DNA from: Leucoraja ocellata
Lineage: Eukaryota
Assembly (NCBI GenBank): GCA_036785375.1
Contig: JAWMAR010000248.1
Coordinates: 2,170,001-2,234,000 of the forward strand
Direction: 5' to 3'
DNA length: 64,000 nucleotides
Of the stretch, positions 1 through 13,717 are shown piece after piece. The first letter of the stretch is position 1. Every line of letters starts with the position of its first letter. Under the pieces are notes generated by a model. The model made no database searches and had not been told where the DNA came from. It worked only from the letters and a program-made list of their open reading frames with translations. The translations under genes were made by a program, and so were the position numbers.

Positions 1-2072
1 TCTGTCTGCTCCCCTGGCTAGATGTGAATAATCGCAGAAGAATATTTTGAAATACTGGAGTTTTTCTTCGGTGTCCAGGACAATTTTCCTTGACCAACAA
101 CACAAAACATTATTTATCTGTTAGCAAATTAGTTGCTGTGTTCACTGCTTTTAAATCATTAACTAAACGTCAAAAGTACTCCAATATAAAGCATTTACAA
201 GGTTCCTAGTTTGTGAAAGGTGGTAGTTAAATGAAAGTCATCTTGTATCAGTGTAAACATTATTCTGAAATATTTCATTGCATCTTTTTTATGGTGATCT
301 TGCGAGATGCCACCTTGCTGCAAAATTCTGTTTAAGGAATTTTTTTTAAAGTAGTTTCTCTGATAGTGCACATGGCCTTACAGATCCCCAAGAGACATCC
401 ATCGGTTCAACATATTATCAACATTTGTCTGCTGTTCAGGTCTTTCTGGTGGATTGTTCCATTACCTGAGAAGTTTCAGAGAGAACTGAACCCTGAAATT
501 ATCAGCGAACCTCCCACTTCTGACTGTGATGGTGAAAAGGTCATTTTTAAAGCTGCTGAAAATGTGGGCCGAGTATGCTGTTCCAAGTAGCCGAGGAACA
601 TTGTGACAGTGTCCTGGCTAAGACAGTTTGGCCCCAACAATCACATTTGTCTTCCTCGACGTACAGTGTGACTGTAGCCAGTGGAATGATTTCCCTTTGA
701 TGCTCATTAACCTCATTAACACACGAACATTACATTAGGTTAAATACAATTTTAATGTCAAGCTCAGTTCTAATTTCACCTCTACGATTTATTGAGACTT
801 TGGTAGTTTTCCACCTTGCTGGCATTCTTGGGGTTTGTTCCTGGATGGTAATTGTGTCGTGTGTAATAGGTCAGGCTATCGGCTCGCAGATGGAATACAT
901 TTCTGCAGCTCCTGACTACCCACAGCCACTGACACATTCACTTGAATAAAAGTTAAATTATATTTTCAAACTTGGAAATCTCTGCTCTACGTGGTGGTTA
1001 TATACCGAGAAAATGGCTGTGCCTTCTTGAGGATGGGAGTCGTTATATTGGTGGGAAAACTCGAGCTAGTGTTAGTAAGGACAGAGTTGATAATGGGTGG
1101 GCAGGGCATGGTGAGAATAAATTGTGGGGAGCAGAGTCTTGGACAATGGTAGACTTCATGTTAAACAGTATTTTAGATTATTTTCCATGCTGAGGTATTT
1201 TCAACATACACGCATTCAGAAATAATGGTTGCACTGTTTGAAATAATTTTAAATTCTGTTCTTTTTCTTTGACATTCAGTATTCACCACCGGCTGGACAG
1301 CATCTTTCAACTGACGGGTGGAAGGTGCGTAAGGGGGTGGGGCTAGGTTTTTCATTGTCTGACTTAGTCATTTGTGTAAAGTATCAGAAGGTTGATGAAT
1401 CAGAATTGAGAAGCAAAATAAAAAAACAGGATAGATTGGTGCAGTGATGTAATTGAGCTAATGTGTGTGATGCTGTGAGTGTTTGCATGGTTATGCTCCA
1501 GGCTCAGCCATCAACCACTTTACTGAGCACAAATGTTTTGCTCAGCACCACCACCGCTCTAGGAAGGGTGCAGGCCAGTGTGACGAGGACGCTGTAAGGG
1601 CAGGTGAAGCGCAGTGTGAGGATTGAGACCGAGATAAGGTTGTTTGCTCTAGTAGAGGATTCCAAGGGGAAATGTAATTGAGCTATGTTGGTAATGGGGG
1701 CTTGGATAGGTGGGATCCTGTTTCTTTAGTGGTGATGTCAGTGTCTGGAGGGCATAGATAGATTAATGGATGGATTAGAAGGAATTAGTGGAAGGATTAA
1801 AGGGGAGTCCGGACAATTTATGTTGCATCCAAAAAGTGTGGGTGCTCAAACCCATGTAATCAGATGGTACTTGATGAATACTTGAAGAGTCATAACCTAT
1901 GAAGCTATGGATCAAGGACTGAAAGTGATCTCCTTTGGTGCAATTGGCATTTGGTGCAATTGGTGCAATTGGCATTTTGCTATACTAGTATAGTATTCAC
2001 TAGTAATATATTTGCTATACTAAGCCTATGAATAGATGTATGCAGCCCCAGTGATATTTAAAATGGGATGGG

Positions 2073-2235
2073 CACAAAGCGCTGGAGTAACTCCACGGGT
2101 CAGGCAGTCTGAAGAAGGGTCTCGACCCGTAACATCACCCATCCTTTTCCCCCAGAGATGCTGCCTGACACACTGAGTTATTCCAGCACTTTGTGTCATT
2201 CTTTATAATAAACCAGCATCTGCAGTTCCTTGTTT
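2073..2235. repeat. Penelope-terminus-derived foldback repeat with hammerhead-like core
   Basis: Inverted arms cacaaagcgctggagtaactc...caggcag / ctgcctg...gagttattccagcactttgtg around CTGAAGA-agggtctcgaccc-GTAA-caTC. Confidence 0.75.
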
Positions 2236-4181
2236 ATATATCTAAAATGCGATTGGATAATCTTGCTAATATCCATTAAGTTGATTAATCAAGTCACCTC
2301 AATAGTTCAGTTTGTATCCATATTCTGTAGGTTATTTCCCAGAAGAGTCACCTTCTAGTTTAACATACAATAAGCAGCTTGTTGGGTGCTGAGGTACATC
2401 TGCTGTAAGGCTCTGGCTCACTTAAGGCATGAAGAGTCGATGACTATTATTGCAGCTGTAATTTGAGAATTTACATTTACCAGACGATGATCTCTTGTAT
2501 AAAGAGACGTTTAACGTCTTTAGTCAAAGACTACTGTTGCAGGGAGGGTCCCGAGTTTTTTTAGATGGTTACTGTCGACTTGGATGGAGGTGGATGACTG
2601 AGCCTGCAGTTGACCATGCTTGCTGCTGTTTTATATAGTAGTACTACACATCACATTTGTGCAGGGAGCATTACCTGGAGATTTGTTTAAGAAAGAAGTG
2701 CAGATACTGGAAAAACCTGGAGATTTTGTTATTTCTCCATTTTGTAAACGGATACATTCTTTAGCTGTAAAATATTTACTAAATCAAATATCCCGTTAAT
2801 GCAGTAAAGGAGCCGGATTGTCTGAGGAGCCATAGGTTCTGGTTTTGTTCTCTGAAGGCAGGTGCATGGTACAAAGGTATTATTTGCACCATTGGGTTGT
2901 AAGGGTTGAAGTTAGATGTCTGTTTATTGGTATCATTGTTCTTGCTGATTAACTGCACTGATCCTTCTATACCAATGCTATGTGAGGAACTGTATAATCT
3001 ACAATAATGCATGAAGGCAAATTTTCTTTCCTCGGGATGTTTTATCCAAGTCCTTTATTAGACATCACAGAGAATCATTTCATTGCCTGACTAGTTAAAT
3101 TGAACCAGTTGTTGTTTCTACACATAGGAGAGCTGAGGGAAGCAACACAATGAAACAATTTTGTATTAAACAGAGTGATAAAACTGGGGAAGTAAGGACA
3201 TTTTTTTTTGATATAAGCTGTTATTGATAGGTGTCAAAGGAAAGGCTGGCACAAATCACAGCTGCTCTACGCAGAAACTGTGCTTAATATGTCTGTCAAA
3301 CATTTTGCTGTAGTATTTATGTGTCATTGTACTTTAATAGGTGCCTATCGACCATGATTATGTCGCAGTTTATCTGCTTGTGAGGTGTGGTGGGCAAAAG
3401 TGATGAATGCATTTCAGTGTAGAAATCTCCAGATGCCAAATTTTCCTTGTATGTCCATAAATTGCATGGAATATACAACAGAACAGTACACCACAAGAAC
3501 AGGCCCTTCAGCCCACATTGTCTGCGCCAAATATGATGCCAAGCCAATCTGCCTTATCTGCCTGCTAGTAATCCATTTGCCTATGATATGAATAAAAGAC
3601 AGCTTTAAACTTGCAGGGAATGCTCAGCAGTCAATCAGCATCTGAGAAGGCGATTACAGTTGCTGATCATTCATCAAACTTGATTGGTACTAAGGTTCAG
3701 GCTAGTTGACCAAATGGCTTTGGATTTTGAACCATGCATTTGAAACAGAGACATCTGAGCAACAATTCCATTCTGCCCCATCTGCCTGCTTTGCCTCAGT
3801 AGGAGTAATCTTTCATCAGAAAACAGAGCAAACATTTTCAGCATTGTAAACTGCAGAATGGAAGGTTTGATCAGTGGAGCTGTTTAACTCTTGTTAGAGC
3901 AAGCGATTATTTCTGCTAAGATGCTTCATAATAGTGCTTTTAATTGCTTCATAATAACTTGTGCGTTGGTGAATGAAATGTTTGAATTTTGAATACCGTA
4001 TCTTAGGTGGTTAGATTGTGATTTATTTGGCTGATGCTCTTTATGCACTGTAAAAAATATATATAAATTCAGTTTCCAAAAAATATTGTTGTGGATATCC
4101 TGATCAGTCATTAAACACAGGATGTGCTGATGTGAATATTACTAATGCCAAGTTCTCTCTCTTTCTCTTTATCCCCTGCAG

Positions 4182-4433
4182 CCTCAGTTTACGAACTTGG
4201 GGCTCCTCAACAGTATGGAGCAACAGATACCGAACGGATCATCCTCCACCAGCCCCTACAACAACGACCACACTCCCAGCATCACAGCACCCTCGCCATA
4301 TGCTCAGCCCAGCTCCACCTTCGAGGCTCTCTCACCATCACCAGCCATCCCATCAAACACAGATTACCCAGGCCCACATGGGTTTGATGTGTCATTCCAG
4401 CAGTCCAGCACAGCCAAGTCTGCCACATGGACA
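4182..4433 (+). CDS. TP63: TP63 exon 4 ([15 protein letters not shown]...[10 protein letters not shown])
   Basis: ctgcAG acceptor ends at 4181, GTaagt donor at 4434; 252 nt, phase 0/0. Translation matches p63 ([15 protein letters not shown]...[12 protein letters not shown]) rather than p73 or p53. Confidence 0.97.
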
Positions 4434-6449
4434 GTAAGTTATCTCAACCAACAATTTCCTGGTACATGCACTGAATTTGATGTTCACCATATATATGACA
4501 GCTTTAATAGCATCCAAGTCAGTGGGTAAGCTTTGGTTTCTAATATTGAAAAATACATCTGCCTTGAAGTGTGAAGTGTGAAATGGGCAAAAAAGGAAAA
4601 GTGGTGTTTATTATTTTAAGATGATACATTTTGGAAGGTAGGAACAGGGGCTGGGATTAATCAATAGAAGAAGCTGATAAGTATGGAGAGACAGAACCAA
4701 GTGTTTACTTGTTTTACAAGTGTCAATGCAAGATTCAGATCAGTGCATTGTCATATCCACCAGAGTGCAATGAGATTCCATGTTCGCAACAACCGATTCC
4801 AGCTGAAATTTATAACTTGGAAATATTGAAGAGAGAACAAAGAAGCAATGATAGGTTTGTGCATAATCTTGTTATACCACACTTGGAGCTTTGAGGTTAC
4901 CTCCAGCCATGTGTGAGTGGAATGGTACAGAGTTACATGGGATAATGGTGTTTTCTTACAGTAGAAGAGGGAAAAGGAGTGGCAGTTTCCAAAGCCGAAG
5001 CATTTTGCTAGTATGAATAGGAAGGAAATTCCTGCTTTGTAGAGAGAATAGAAAGGATCAATACTCAAAATGTTTATTTGTTTTGAGTATTACGACCTCG
5101 CTTTGGGAAAAGCTTTTTAATTGATTCATCTTTGGCCTGCCTGGTTTGTCATATAACCAGTGGTATCAGACAGGCCATTTGTACCTCCCCCTATGCAATC
5201 ACTTTCGTAATGTGATCATGAGCTAACTGGTCAGTAAGCATTCGGAATAATGTAATCCCTGATGATATTATGGTCCAGATTCACAGTCAGTAGCACAGCA
5301 AAGGCATTTGCAATGCCTGTTTATGTGTTTACAAGATGTATGGTTGTTACTGGCAAGGCCACAACATGTAGTCTCTCTAATGTGCCTAGAACCATTCCTG
5401 GCATTGGTTACCATCGGGCATCAGTTAAGCTGTGTCCTTGGTGTCCAGATGACATTTAAGGGCGCTCACAGACAGGAACATGGACATTTTCATTACTTTA
5501 AAATAGACATTTTAAAATATAATGATTTTTATTATGGCGTATATTTTTAAATAGGTAATTAGAGCCAGATGTTGAAACGGTGACTAAACATTATGAACTC
5601 AGTTGGACCTTGTGTAATAAGCACAACATTATCAGGCCAGCGAGTTCAAACGGAAAGTGCTGAAAACATTCAGCAGGTCAGGCAGCATCTATGGAAAGAG
5701 AAACAGTAAATGTTTCTGGTCACAAACCCTTTGTCAGAACAGTGCAGTTGTTCAGAAATACTTTGATTTTTAACGCTGCTGGGCTTCCTTGATTCCAGGG
5801 TAAAATGCTGCAAACACAGCACCCTGTGGAGATGAGAAGAAATGACCCACAACTGGTTTCTGATCCTCTTGTGTAGTGAAAGCAATTGACAATAGTTTTA
5901 CCAATTTTGCAACTACCGTAATTCTGCTCAAGCAAAAATAATTTTTATTCATCAGAACCGGTGAGCCGTCAAACCACATGAGAAACAGCAATATCAAACA
6001 GAACCAGATCAAATGTAATAAAAAGGAACTGCAGGCGTTGGTTTAAACCAAAGATAGCCACAAAATGCTGGAGTAACTCAGCAGGTCTGGTGGCATCTCT
6101 GGATAGGTGATGTTTCGGATTGGGACCCTTTTTCAGAGCCACATCAAACATGTTTTCAGTTAAATTCTGGTGCTCACGTTCTTTAAAGATTGGTGCATGT
6201 TAGGGAAAAGGCATTGAAAAAGACAGATGGTTTGTGGATATAACAATGAGTGATGCTGAATCAGTGGACGTAGTTGAGCATTTCATAAATACAATGAAAT
6301 GACATGAAATGCCGATGGAAAGATAAAAATGAATGGAAAGCTCAAGTCTTTTGCAGCATCATTGGAATTGCTGTAATGTGATGTGATTACAAAATTAGAG
6401 ATACTGGAAATCCTTAGCAAGTTAGCATTGATTTCTAGAATTTAGGAGA

Positions 6450-6846
6450 TTGAGAGGGGATCTTATAGAAACTTACAAAATTCTTGAGGGGTTGGACAGG
6501 CTAGATGCAGGAAGATTGTTCCCGATGTTGGGGAAGTCCAGGACAAGGGGTCACAGCTTAAGGATAAGGGGGAAATCCTTTAAAACCGAGATGAGGAGAA
6601 CATTTTTCACACAGAGAGTGGTGAATCTCTGGAACTCTCTGCCACAGAGGGTAGTTGAGGCCAGTTCATTGGCTATATTTAAGAGGGAGTTAGATGTGGC
6701 CCTTGTGGCCAAGGGGATCAGAGGGTATGGAGAGAAGGCAGGTACGGGATACTGAGTTGGATGATCAGCCATGATCATATTGAATGGCGGTGCAGGCTCG
6801 AAGGGCCGAATGGCCTACTCCTGCACCTAATTTCTATGTTTCTATG
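6450..6846 (+). mobile_element. CR1-clade LINE 3' fragment (young)
   Basis: Open RT C-terminus RGDLIETYKI...RGHSL...FFTQRVVNLWNSLP, 3' UTR and (TTTCTATG)n tail. Confidence 0.92.
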
Positions 6847-8179
6847 ATGTCAAGTAAACTAGAATGAATGGGATTGATCACTGGACTTCCATCCGAATGA
6901 TCAGCATTTGAAGAAAGTTGAAACCTTAAATCTGTTTCCTTTTCCACTTAGAGGTAGAATGTTTCCAGTGTCTGAGGATTCAAGGATAGAAAAGTTTAAA
7001 GGATTGAGAAGAGGGAATAAAAGAAACTTCCTGACTCACAACCATGAGTCCGTGGGATTAGAGTCATAGAGCTGTACAGCATGGAAATGGACCATGGGCT
7101 GGTCTTATGTCTGCATTTGTCTTGGCTCTTACTAAACAGCGAACTAAAATTTATAATATACTTGGATTTATTTGGAGTGTACCGTGTTTATGGTCTAAAG
7201 GAATTGTGTATTGTTTCAATTAAAAATGCTTTGGGATAACATAACATATGACAGAGACATCACAAATGGACAAAGTACCGAAGAATTTAATTTTGATTCT
7301 GTTCTCTGTTTGCCAATGGTATATCAGTCGTTGCGTGGCAGACAGTACTCTGGTTTACTGCTGTCACATTGGTTGTGAATTGATGAGAACACTTTCGGAA
7401 TCAGTGCAGCTGGTTTGATGAGCTGGGGTTTTGAACCTTCATAACCCTGTAGGAAATAGCTTGGCTCTTTGTTCTCCATTGATTCTAAACTGGGATGCCC
7501 AGGAATGATTCTGCTTTAGACTATTCTGTCTTGCTGTGTGTGAGTGGCTAACCCTCTCTCCCCAGGACACCATATTTGAGTCCAGACTTTATAGTTTTCA
7601 TTCAAATACTTGAGCTAAAGCAAGATGCAGCATGCACAGAACATCTGCTACCAGCCCATTCAACATGTGACGAGGCACAAACTTGTTTCTGTGCCAAGAC
7701 CTGTTATGACTTGTTTTTCACATCAAGTACTTCTAAACATCAGGCACAGTACCTGGGATTCTATAGATTTCACAATGTTTTGGAATGCCTGTGCACTGAG
7801 GAAAAACCTCTTTAATGAAAATCAGAAAAGGTTGAAAATTAATCAAATGCAACACATTTACAGTATCGCTCCATAGCATGAAACGGGGGATTCCTGTGGC
7901 CCACTCTATCCATACTGATCAAGTTGTCACACTGTATACAGCATGGAAACCGGCCCTTCGGCCCAAATAATTCATACTTAGTAAATTTGCGAATGAAACA
8001 AAAAATATTGCTATGGTGGTAGTACACAAGGTTATCTCTGGATATAAAAGGATCTGATCAACTGGGCCAATGAACTGAGAATGGCAGATGGAGTTTAGTT
8101 TATTATTTGAAGAGGACCTCTGGGATATACTTTTCACACACAGGTTGGTGAGTTGATGGAACACGATGCCAGCGCAAAT

Positions 8180-8595
8180 GTTAGATCCAAGTATTTGTCA
8201 CAATATACACGTACAGTAAAGTACATGTGCAATGAAAATCTTGTTTCCAACAGTTTTACACACAAAACATAAATTATCCATAACTTATACAAGACAGACA
8301 GTGAAGATAAAAAGATGCAAAAACAAATCAGTAATGCTAAATGCAATTAGAAAACAAGTCTAGATAGTACTAGAGGTGGTCTGTAGTGTTCCCCTGGGTT
8401 AGGGCTGTGCAGGCTGGGTTCAAGAACCTGATGGTTGTCGGAAGTAGCTGTTTCTGAACCTTGTGTTGTGGGACTTCGGGCTTCTGTACCTCCTGCCTGA
8501 AGGTAGCAGCGAAAAGAGAGCATGACCCTGATAGTGAGGATCCTTGATGATAAATGCTGCCTTCTTGAGGCAGCGCTTCATGTAGATGCTTTAGA
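8180..8595 (-). mobile_element. Rex1/Babar-type LINE 3' fragment
   Basis: Typical aacctgatggttgtcggaagtagctgtttctgaacc...cttctgtacctcctgcctga segment shared with 32900-33140. Confidence 0.7.
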
Positions 8596-8945
8596 TGGAA
8601 CAGAGGGCTTTAACCGAGCAGAGAAACATTCCATTGGATTGTGTTCTATAAATCTTCTGAAACGTGGTGCTCCCATTAAAAGACAGGACCACTTGCCTCG
8701 AGAAATGTAATTAACAGATAGAATCTTTGTTTGTCATGCAAGCAGGAACTACCTACTCGCATCCCATTTTCCTGCTGTTCCTTCACCCCTGTAATATTTT
8801 CCTTTGTGCCCCTCCAGACTGAGGTTTCCAACTTTTAGGCAAAAGCAGCAATGCCCAGGGATGTTCTTTGGGTATCGCTCACGACCATTCTTTCCAGATT
8901 GTGGGTTCTCCCTCCAATTGTACTTTAAACCCTATGTGGTTACAC

Positions 8946-9085
8946 AGAAACATAGAAAATAGGTGCAGGAGTAGGCCATTCAGCCCTTCGAGCCTGATCA
9001 TCCAACTCGGTATCCTGTACCTACCTTTTCTCCATACCCCCTGATCCCTTTAGCCACAAGGGCCACATCTAACTCCCTCTTAAAT
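8946..9085 (-). mobile_element. CR1 3' end fragment
   Basis: Reverse complement of the 6680-6846 tail. Confidence 0.85.
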
Positions 9086-9393
9086 GGAGACACAAGAGAC
9101 TACGAATGCTGGAATCTTGAGCAAAAAAACCCAAACTGCTGGAGGAGCTCACCAGGTCAGGCAGCATCTGTGGAGGGAAATGAGCATACATTGTTCCGGG
9201 TCAGGACCCCTGACTCCTCGCATCAGTTTGTCAGCTCACACATCCAGTGCAGAGTCCTAACTTCAGAAACCACACTATAACACCATGGACATGAGATAGG
9301 TACTGGGTACCGTGTGGCTTTGGCATCCCTGTGCCCTAAGTTATGTGGTAAACATATCTTGCATCCAATTTAATATCCCTTGTTTTACCTGAA

Positions 9394-9577
9394 GCAAAAA
9401 TGATCACTTTGACTGAAGCGGCACTTAAATGTTAAATATAGCTGAAAAAACTGTAACCGAAGGGCAAGAGTTTTGAATAAATAAAAGAATGGCATTATTT
9501 ATTCAAAATTCTTTCCCTTTGGTTGCTGATTCTCAGCTATATTTAAGTACTGCTTCAGTCAAAGTGATCATTTTTGC
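9394..9577. repeat. About 184-bp AT-rich imperfect palindrome (MITE-like)
   Basis: Arms of about 85-90 nt with perfectly complementary outer ends gcaaaaatgatcactttgactgaagc; about 10-nt loop. Confidence 0.88.
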
Positions 9578-10759
9578 CCTTTCCCCTTACCTCTGTGAAC
9601 CGGTGTTGTTTTTTTCCAGACACCAGGCAGGTGTGTGTGTTTTTTATAGTTTGAAAGAAAGGCTCTATCTGCCTGACACATGAAACAGATTTCAGACTTT
9701 GCAGGACATGACACTACTTGCAAGCTATGCAAGAGAGGCAAGACCAGAGGCGCCGGAGAGCCTACCAACGCGTCCGTTTGTGTTGTAACTTGCCTGTGTC
9801 TATCGCCCACAGCGTGAGTCTGGGCGAGGGAAGCTACCTCCATTCCAAAAACCTACCTGATCAAACCTGTCCTGCCCTGGCTGAGAAACTTTGAAGTAAA
9901 CAGGAAAAATTACTCACCATAGTCATGTGGCTTACTGGAAGATTGGAGCATTGATAATCCGGTAAATGTTCCAAAGAAAACCCATCATTGCCACCAATGA
10001 CGTTTCTGTGTGATACTGATCTTTGCAAACATTCTGGGGTCTTTCCTACTGCTAGGTTTGCGTCTACAGGTTTTTTTTTTGGAAGATATTCTTTATTTTA
10101 AAATAAATTGCAAGTAGGCTGGAGTGTCCAGGTCACTATTTTAAGTGTACGACATATTTTTCTATTTGTTCATATCAGCAACACATCAACTTTTTCTTCA
10201 CAAACATTCCATGACCGACAAGTCCAAGAGGGTTTTACACGGTTCCAAATGCTCATCGTATAAAGGTGGAAGGTCCTCCTCCTGTGGCCACTCTCTTTGG
10301 AGCCCTAACTGGCCTGTACCCAGCTTCAGAGCATTTCTGAGCAGAGAGCATAAATGTGCCAGTCTGCCACATTTGGTTGTGGTCAGCTGGCATCAGAAGA
10401 TAGCACGTTCAGAGAAACCAGAAGCAACTCAATCGCCTTGCTGGTCGTCTAGCAGCAGTCATTGTTTGTCTCGGGATTCAAACCTATGAACATATCATGG
10501 GGCAGAGTCCTGCTCAGGATAGTTCCATAAACACCATGTTTCCCTTTCCAGACTCTCTAGACAAAATAACAATCCCAAAGGAGATGTATAACGGTCTCAT
10601 CCCCTGCGCAACTGTCTCGAGGACAGCATGTGACAACGCTGTGTATGAAGGACCTTACAAGAGGAGCCTTTTACACCATCAGCCAACTTAGGTCCTGGTG
10701 CTTGTTTGAAACTTCTGGTGACAAGGAATTGCATGAGATCACAGGGTGCTCATGGAATG

Positions 10760-11047
10760 TTTAGTTTAGAGATACAGCATAGAAACAGGCTCTTCAGCCC
10801 ACCGAGTCCACGCTGACCAGCGATCACCCGTGCACTGGTTCTATCCTACACACGAGGGACAATTTAACAGAAGCCAATTAACCTACAACCTGCATGTTTT
10901 GGAATGTGGGAGGAAATTGAAGCAACAGAGAAAACCCATGCCGGTCACAGGGAGAACATACAAACTCCGTATGCTCAGCACCTGTAGTCTGTTTCGAACC
11001 CAGAGCTGTAAAGCAGCAACTCTACCTCTGTGCTGCTGTGCTGCCCC
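10760..11047 (-). mobile_element. tRNA-derived SINE (HE1-like) with CR1-type tail
   Basis: Minus-strand head ggggcagcacag...gtagagttgctg...gggttcgaa (A and B boxes); tail ends ctctaaactaaa. Confidence 0.85.
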
Positions 11048-12420
11048 TAATATTTGAATGTCGAGATCCACATTCTATTTTTCTTGTAGGCCTCCAGAGA
11101 ATTCCTGGGTCATTAGGGTAGGGGCCATGCTAGCTCCATTTTTCTCACCCCTTCTCAGGAGGTGTGTTACAGAGCATCTCTGCAGATGAGATTCATTTTG
11201 GATCTGCAAGCCAAGTGTCTGACTGCTTCAACAGAGAAGTGGGGAATGAGTTGCACCAGTACTGTACAGCAACAACAAGAGCATCTGGCCCCTGACAACC
11301 TGTTTCTTCCCCACCATCGAGAGGAAGCAGATCATCATTCCCACATTCTCAGTTTCTGCTTTGTTGGCTTTGAGCTGCACCCATTTTTTTTTATGCTGCC
11401 TTGGCAACTGCACTCCCTCCCAGCACCCTCACAAAATCATCTTCAGCTGCAGGGTGTGCTGCAGGACTGGATGTTCCTGCCTTGTTTCCAGCTGTCATTT
11501 CAACCTTGGCCTTGTAAACTTTCGAAAACACTCCCAAGCTTAGAAGTTCTGAAGAATAAAAGTCTCACCTTTGCCTTTTAAATCCAGATGTCTATTGTAT
11601 GACTTGCTTGACTGTGGATGGTTTAAGTCTAATCACTAATATTCAAAACAAGCAAGGAACCAGAAATACAAGTATTGCCATTGGATCAGATGTGACTGTG
11701 CTTACTTTCCTACACTTTAGTGATTATTTAATATTTTAACAGGCTATTTTCTCATGTCATGTTTTCCTAACTGACTGGACACATACATGAACCTAACTCT
11801 TTGTCCTTCACGTACTAATTGCCCAGTTCACAGCCTTCAGTTCTATAATTTCGCTTTCTCTCAAATGCCCATAACATACCCAGAATAAGTTGTCACCATG
11901 CCGGCACTGTGGCTGCCTCGGACTGAGGGATGGTAGGGACTGAGGGAGCATTACACTTTTTTTTCCAGTATAAATATGACATGTATTTCCCTCAGCAACA
12001 TAAATCATTCTTTCCCAAGTTTACGGCAGTGCTGATTACACAACAAACAGGCATATTAACATGAAGCAGAGAATTATTATAATCTGTGATCACTCTCCTC
12101 TCCTTCATACCCTCAATCGTGCAGCCTCCCCAGGAGGATCTGTAGATCAGTGCATCTGAATTTAAAGGTTTACTGATGTGCGGATTGAAGGTGTTTGGGG
12201 ACTCAGACTCTGCATGGAGCTGTTGACAGCCCCCCCGCCGCACCTCCCCCCCCAACCGTGGCAGGGCACTTTGCGAAGGGAGGTTCTGTGGGAGCGCTGC
12301 ATCACAGGAGGGACAGTACTGAAGGAGCGCCACACTGGGAGGTTTGCAACGACTGCTTTTGGTCAGAGCCAGTTTCTTCTCGGTGGAACCGCTGATCGTT
12401 TAATACCACGGACTTCAATA

Positions 12421-12620
12421 TTGCAGTGGAGGCCAAGTCACTGGATGGATTTAAGAGAGAGTTAGATAGAGCTCTAGGGGCTAGTGGAGTCAAGGGATAT
12501 TGGGAGAAGGCAGGCACGGGTTATTGATAGGGGATGATCAGCCATGATCACAATGAATGGCGGTGTTGGCTCGAAGGGCCGAATGGCCTCCGCCTGCACC
12601 TATTTTCTATGTTTCTATGT
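12421..12620 (+). mobile_element. CR1 3' end fragment
   Basis: Same 3' UTR (ggctcgaagggccgaatggcct) and TTTCTATG tail. Confidence 0.88.
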
Positions 12621-13556
12621 TGCTTTTTGAGTGGGTCTATTAACCACAAACAACAAATCAATGTTAACTTCAACATTTTCTCTGAGGCAATATGGCTAAT
12701 TAACCTTGTGTGACAGAATTCCACAAATTCGCCACCATCTGAATAATTTCTCCTCGTCAGTGCTAAACGTTCTTCTCCACATTCAGAGACCGCAATGCGC
12801 GGCTCTACACTCCCAGCCTGGGGAAGGATCGTGTCACAATGTTGTGTCTTTTGATGAGATTTCCTCTCATTCTTCTAATCTGGATTTGATTGCTGGTGAC
12901 AATCTCTCCTTGTGTGGCCGTCTGCTATATCTGGGATAGAATCAAAAAGCTCAGATAGAATCACTCAGCAGGTCAGGCAGCATCTCTGGAGAAAAGGAAT
13001 AGGTGACGTATCGGGTCGAGAGCCTCCTACCTGGGACTGCTCTGGGGTTTGCACTCCCTGGATGGCAAGTTCAGGTTGAAACACTAGCTAGCCATTCCAT
13101 GGTACAATGTGTTTTGAATTTGTAGTATAGATCCGTACTAAATAACAAATTATATTTAAGAACTGCACTTGTTAACCTAGCAGGGCAATTTCTACCATCT
13201 CAGCCAACGTTGTTGCCGACTTACAGAAAGTTTGGGTGACAGACAGTTCTCAGAACCTTGCGTGACCTGGGGAGTGTTTACACTTAAAGAGAATCGATTC
13301 CCTGGTCAGAGGAAGATGATGGGGCAATTTCTGTGGTCCAGCACCACTCAGCTCCCAAGCGAGCCAGATTAGAGTTCCAACCTGTGTATTCTTCTTTAGT
13401 TCAGCATATGGGAATTGCAGAGTACTCCAGATGTGGTCTCACCAAGGTTGTGTATAGATGTAGTAAGCTTGCTGCGCCGTATCCTGTGACACCTGGTAGA
13501 AAAACAGAAAGTGCTAGAGGAACTCAGCGGGTCAGGCAGCATCTGTGGAAGGAATG

Positions 13557-13717
13557 ACAATAGACAAAGGAGTAGGCCATTCGGCCCTTCGAGTCAGCAC
13601 CGCCATTCAATGTGATCATGGCTGATCATCCACAATTAATACCCCGTTCCTGCCTTCTCTCTATATCCCTTAACTTCGCTATCTAACTCTCTTGAAAGCA
13701 TCCAGAGAACCAGCCTC
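13557..13717 (-). mobile_element. CR1 3' end nested in a Penelope-terminus repeat
   Basis: The CR1 tail interrupts the repeat ...tgtggaaggaATG / ATGgacagatgat... Confidence 0.8.

Noticed and set aside
2109-2136. Active hammerhead ribozyme call for individual copies
   Set aside because: GAAA is mutated to GTAA here, and stems I and III are minimal or broken in all copies inspected, so they are reported only as decayed cores.
1-4181. deltaN (MLYLE...) or TA first exons of TP63
   Set aside because: No matching coding sequence was found; they must lie upstream of the window.
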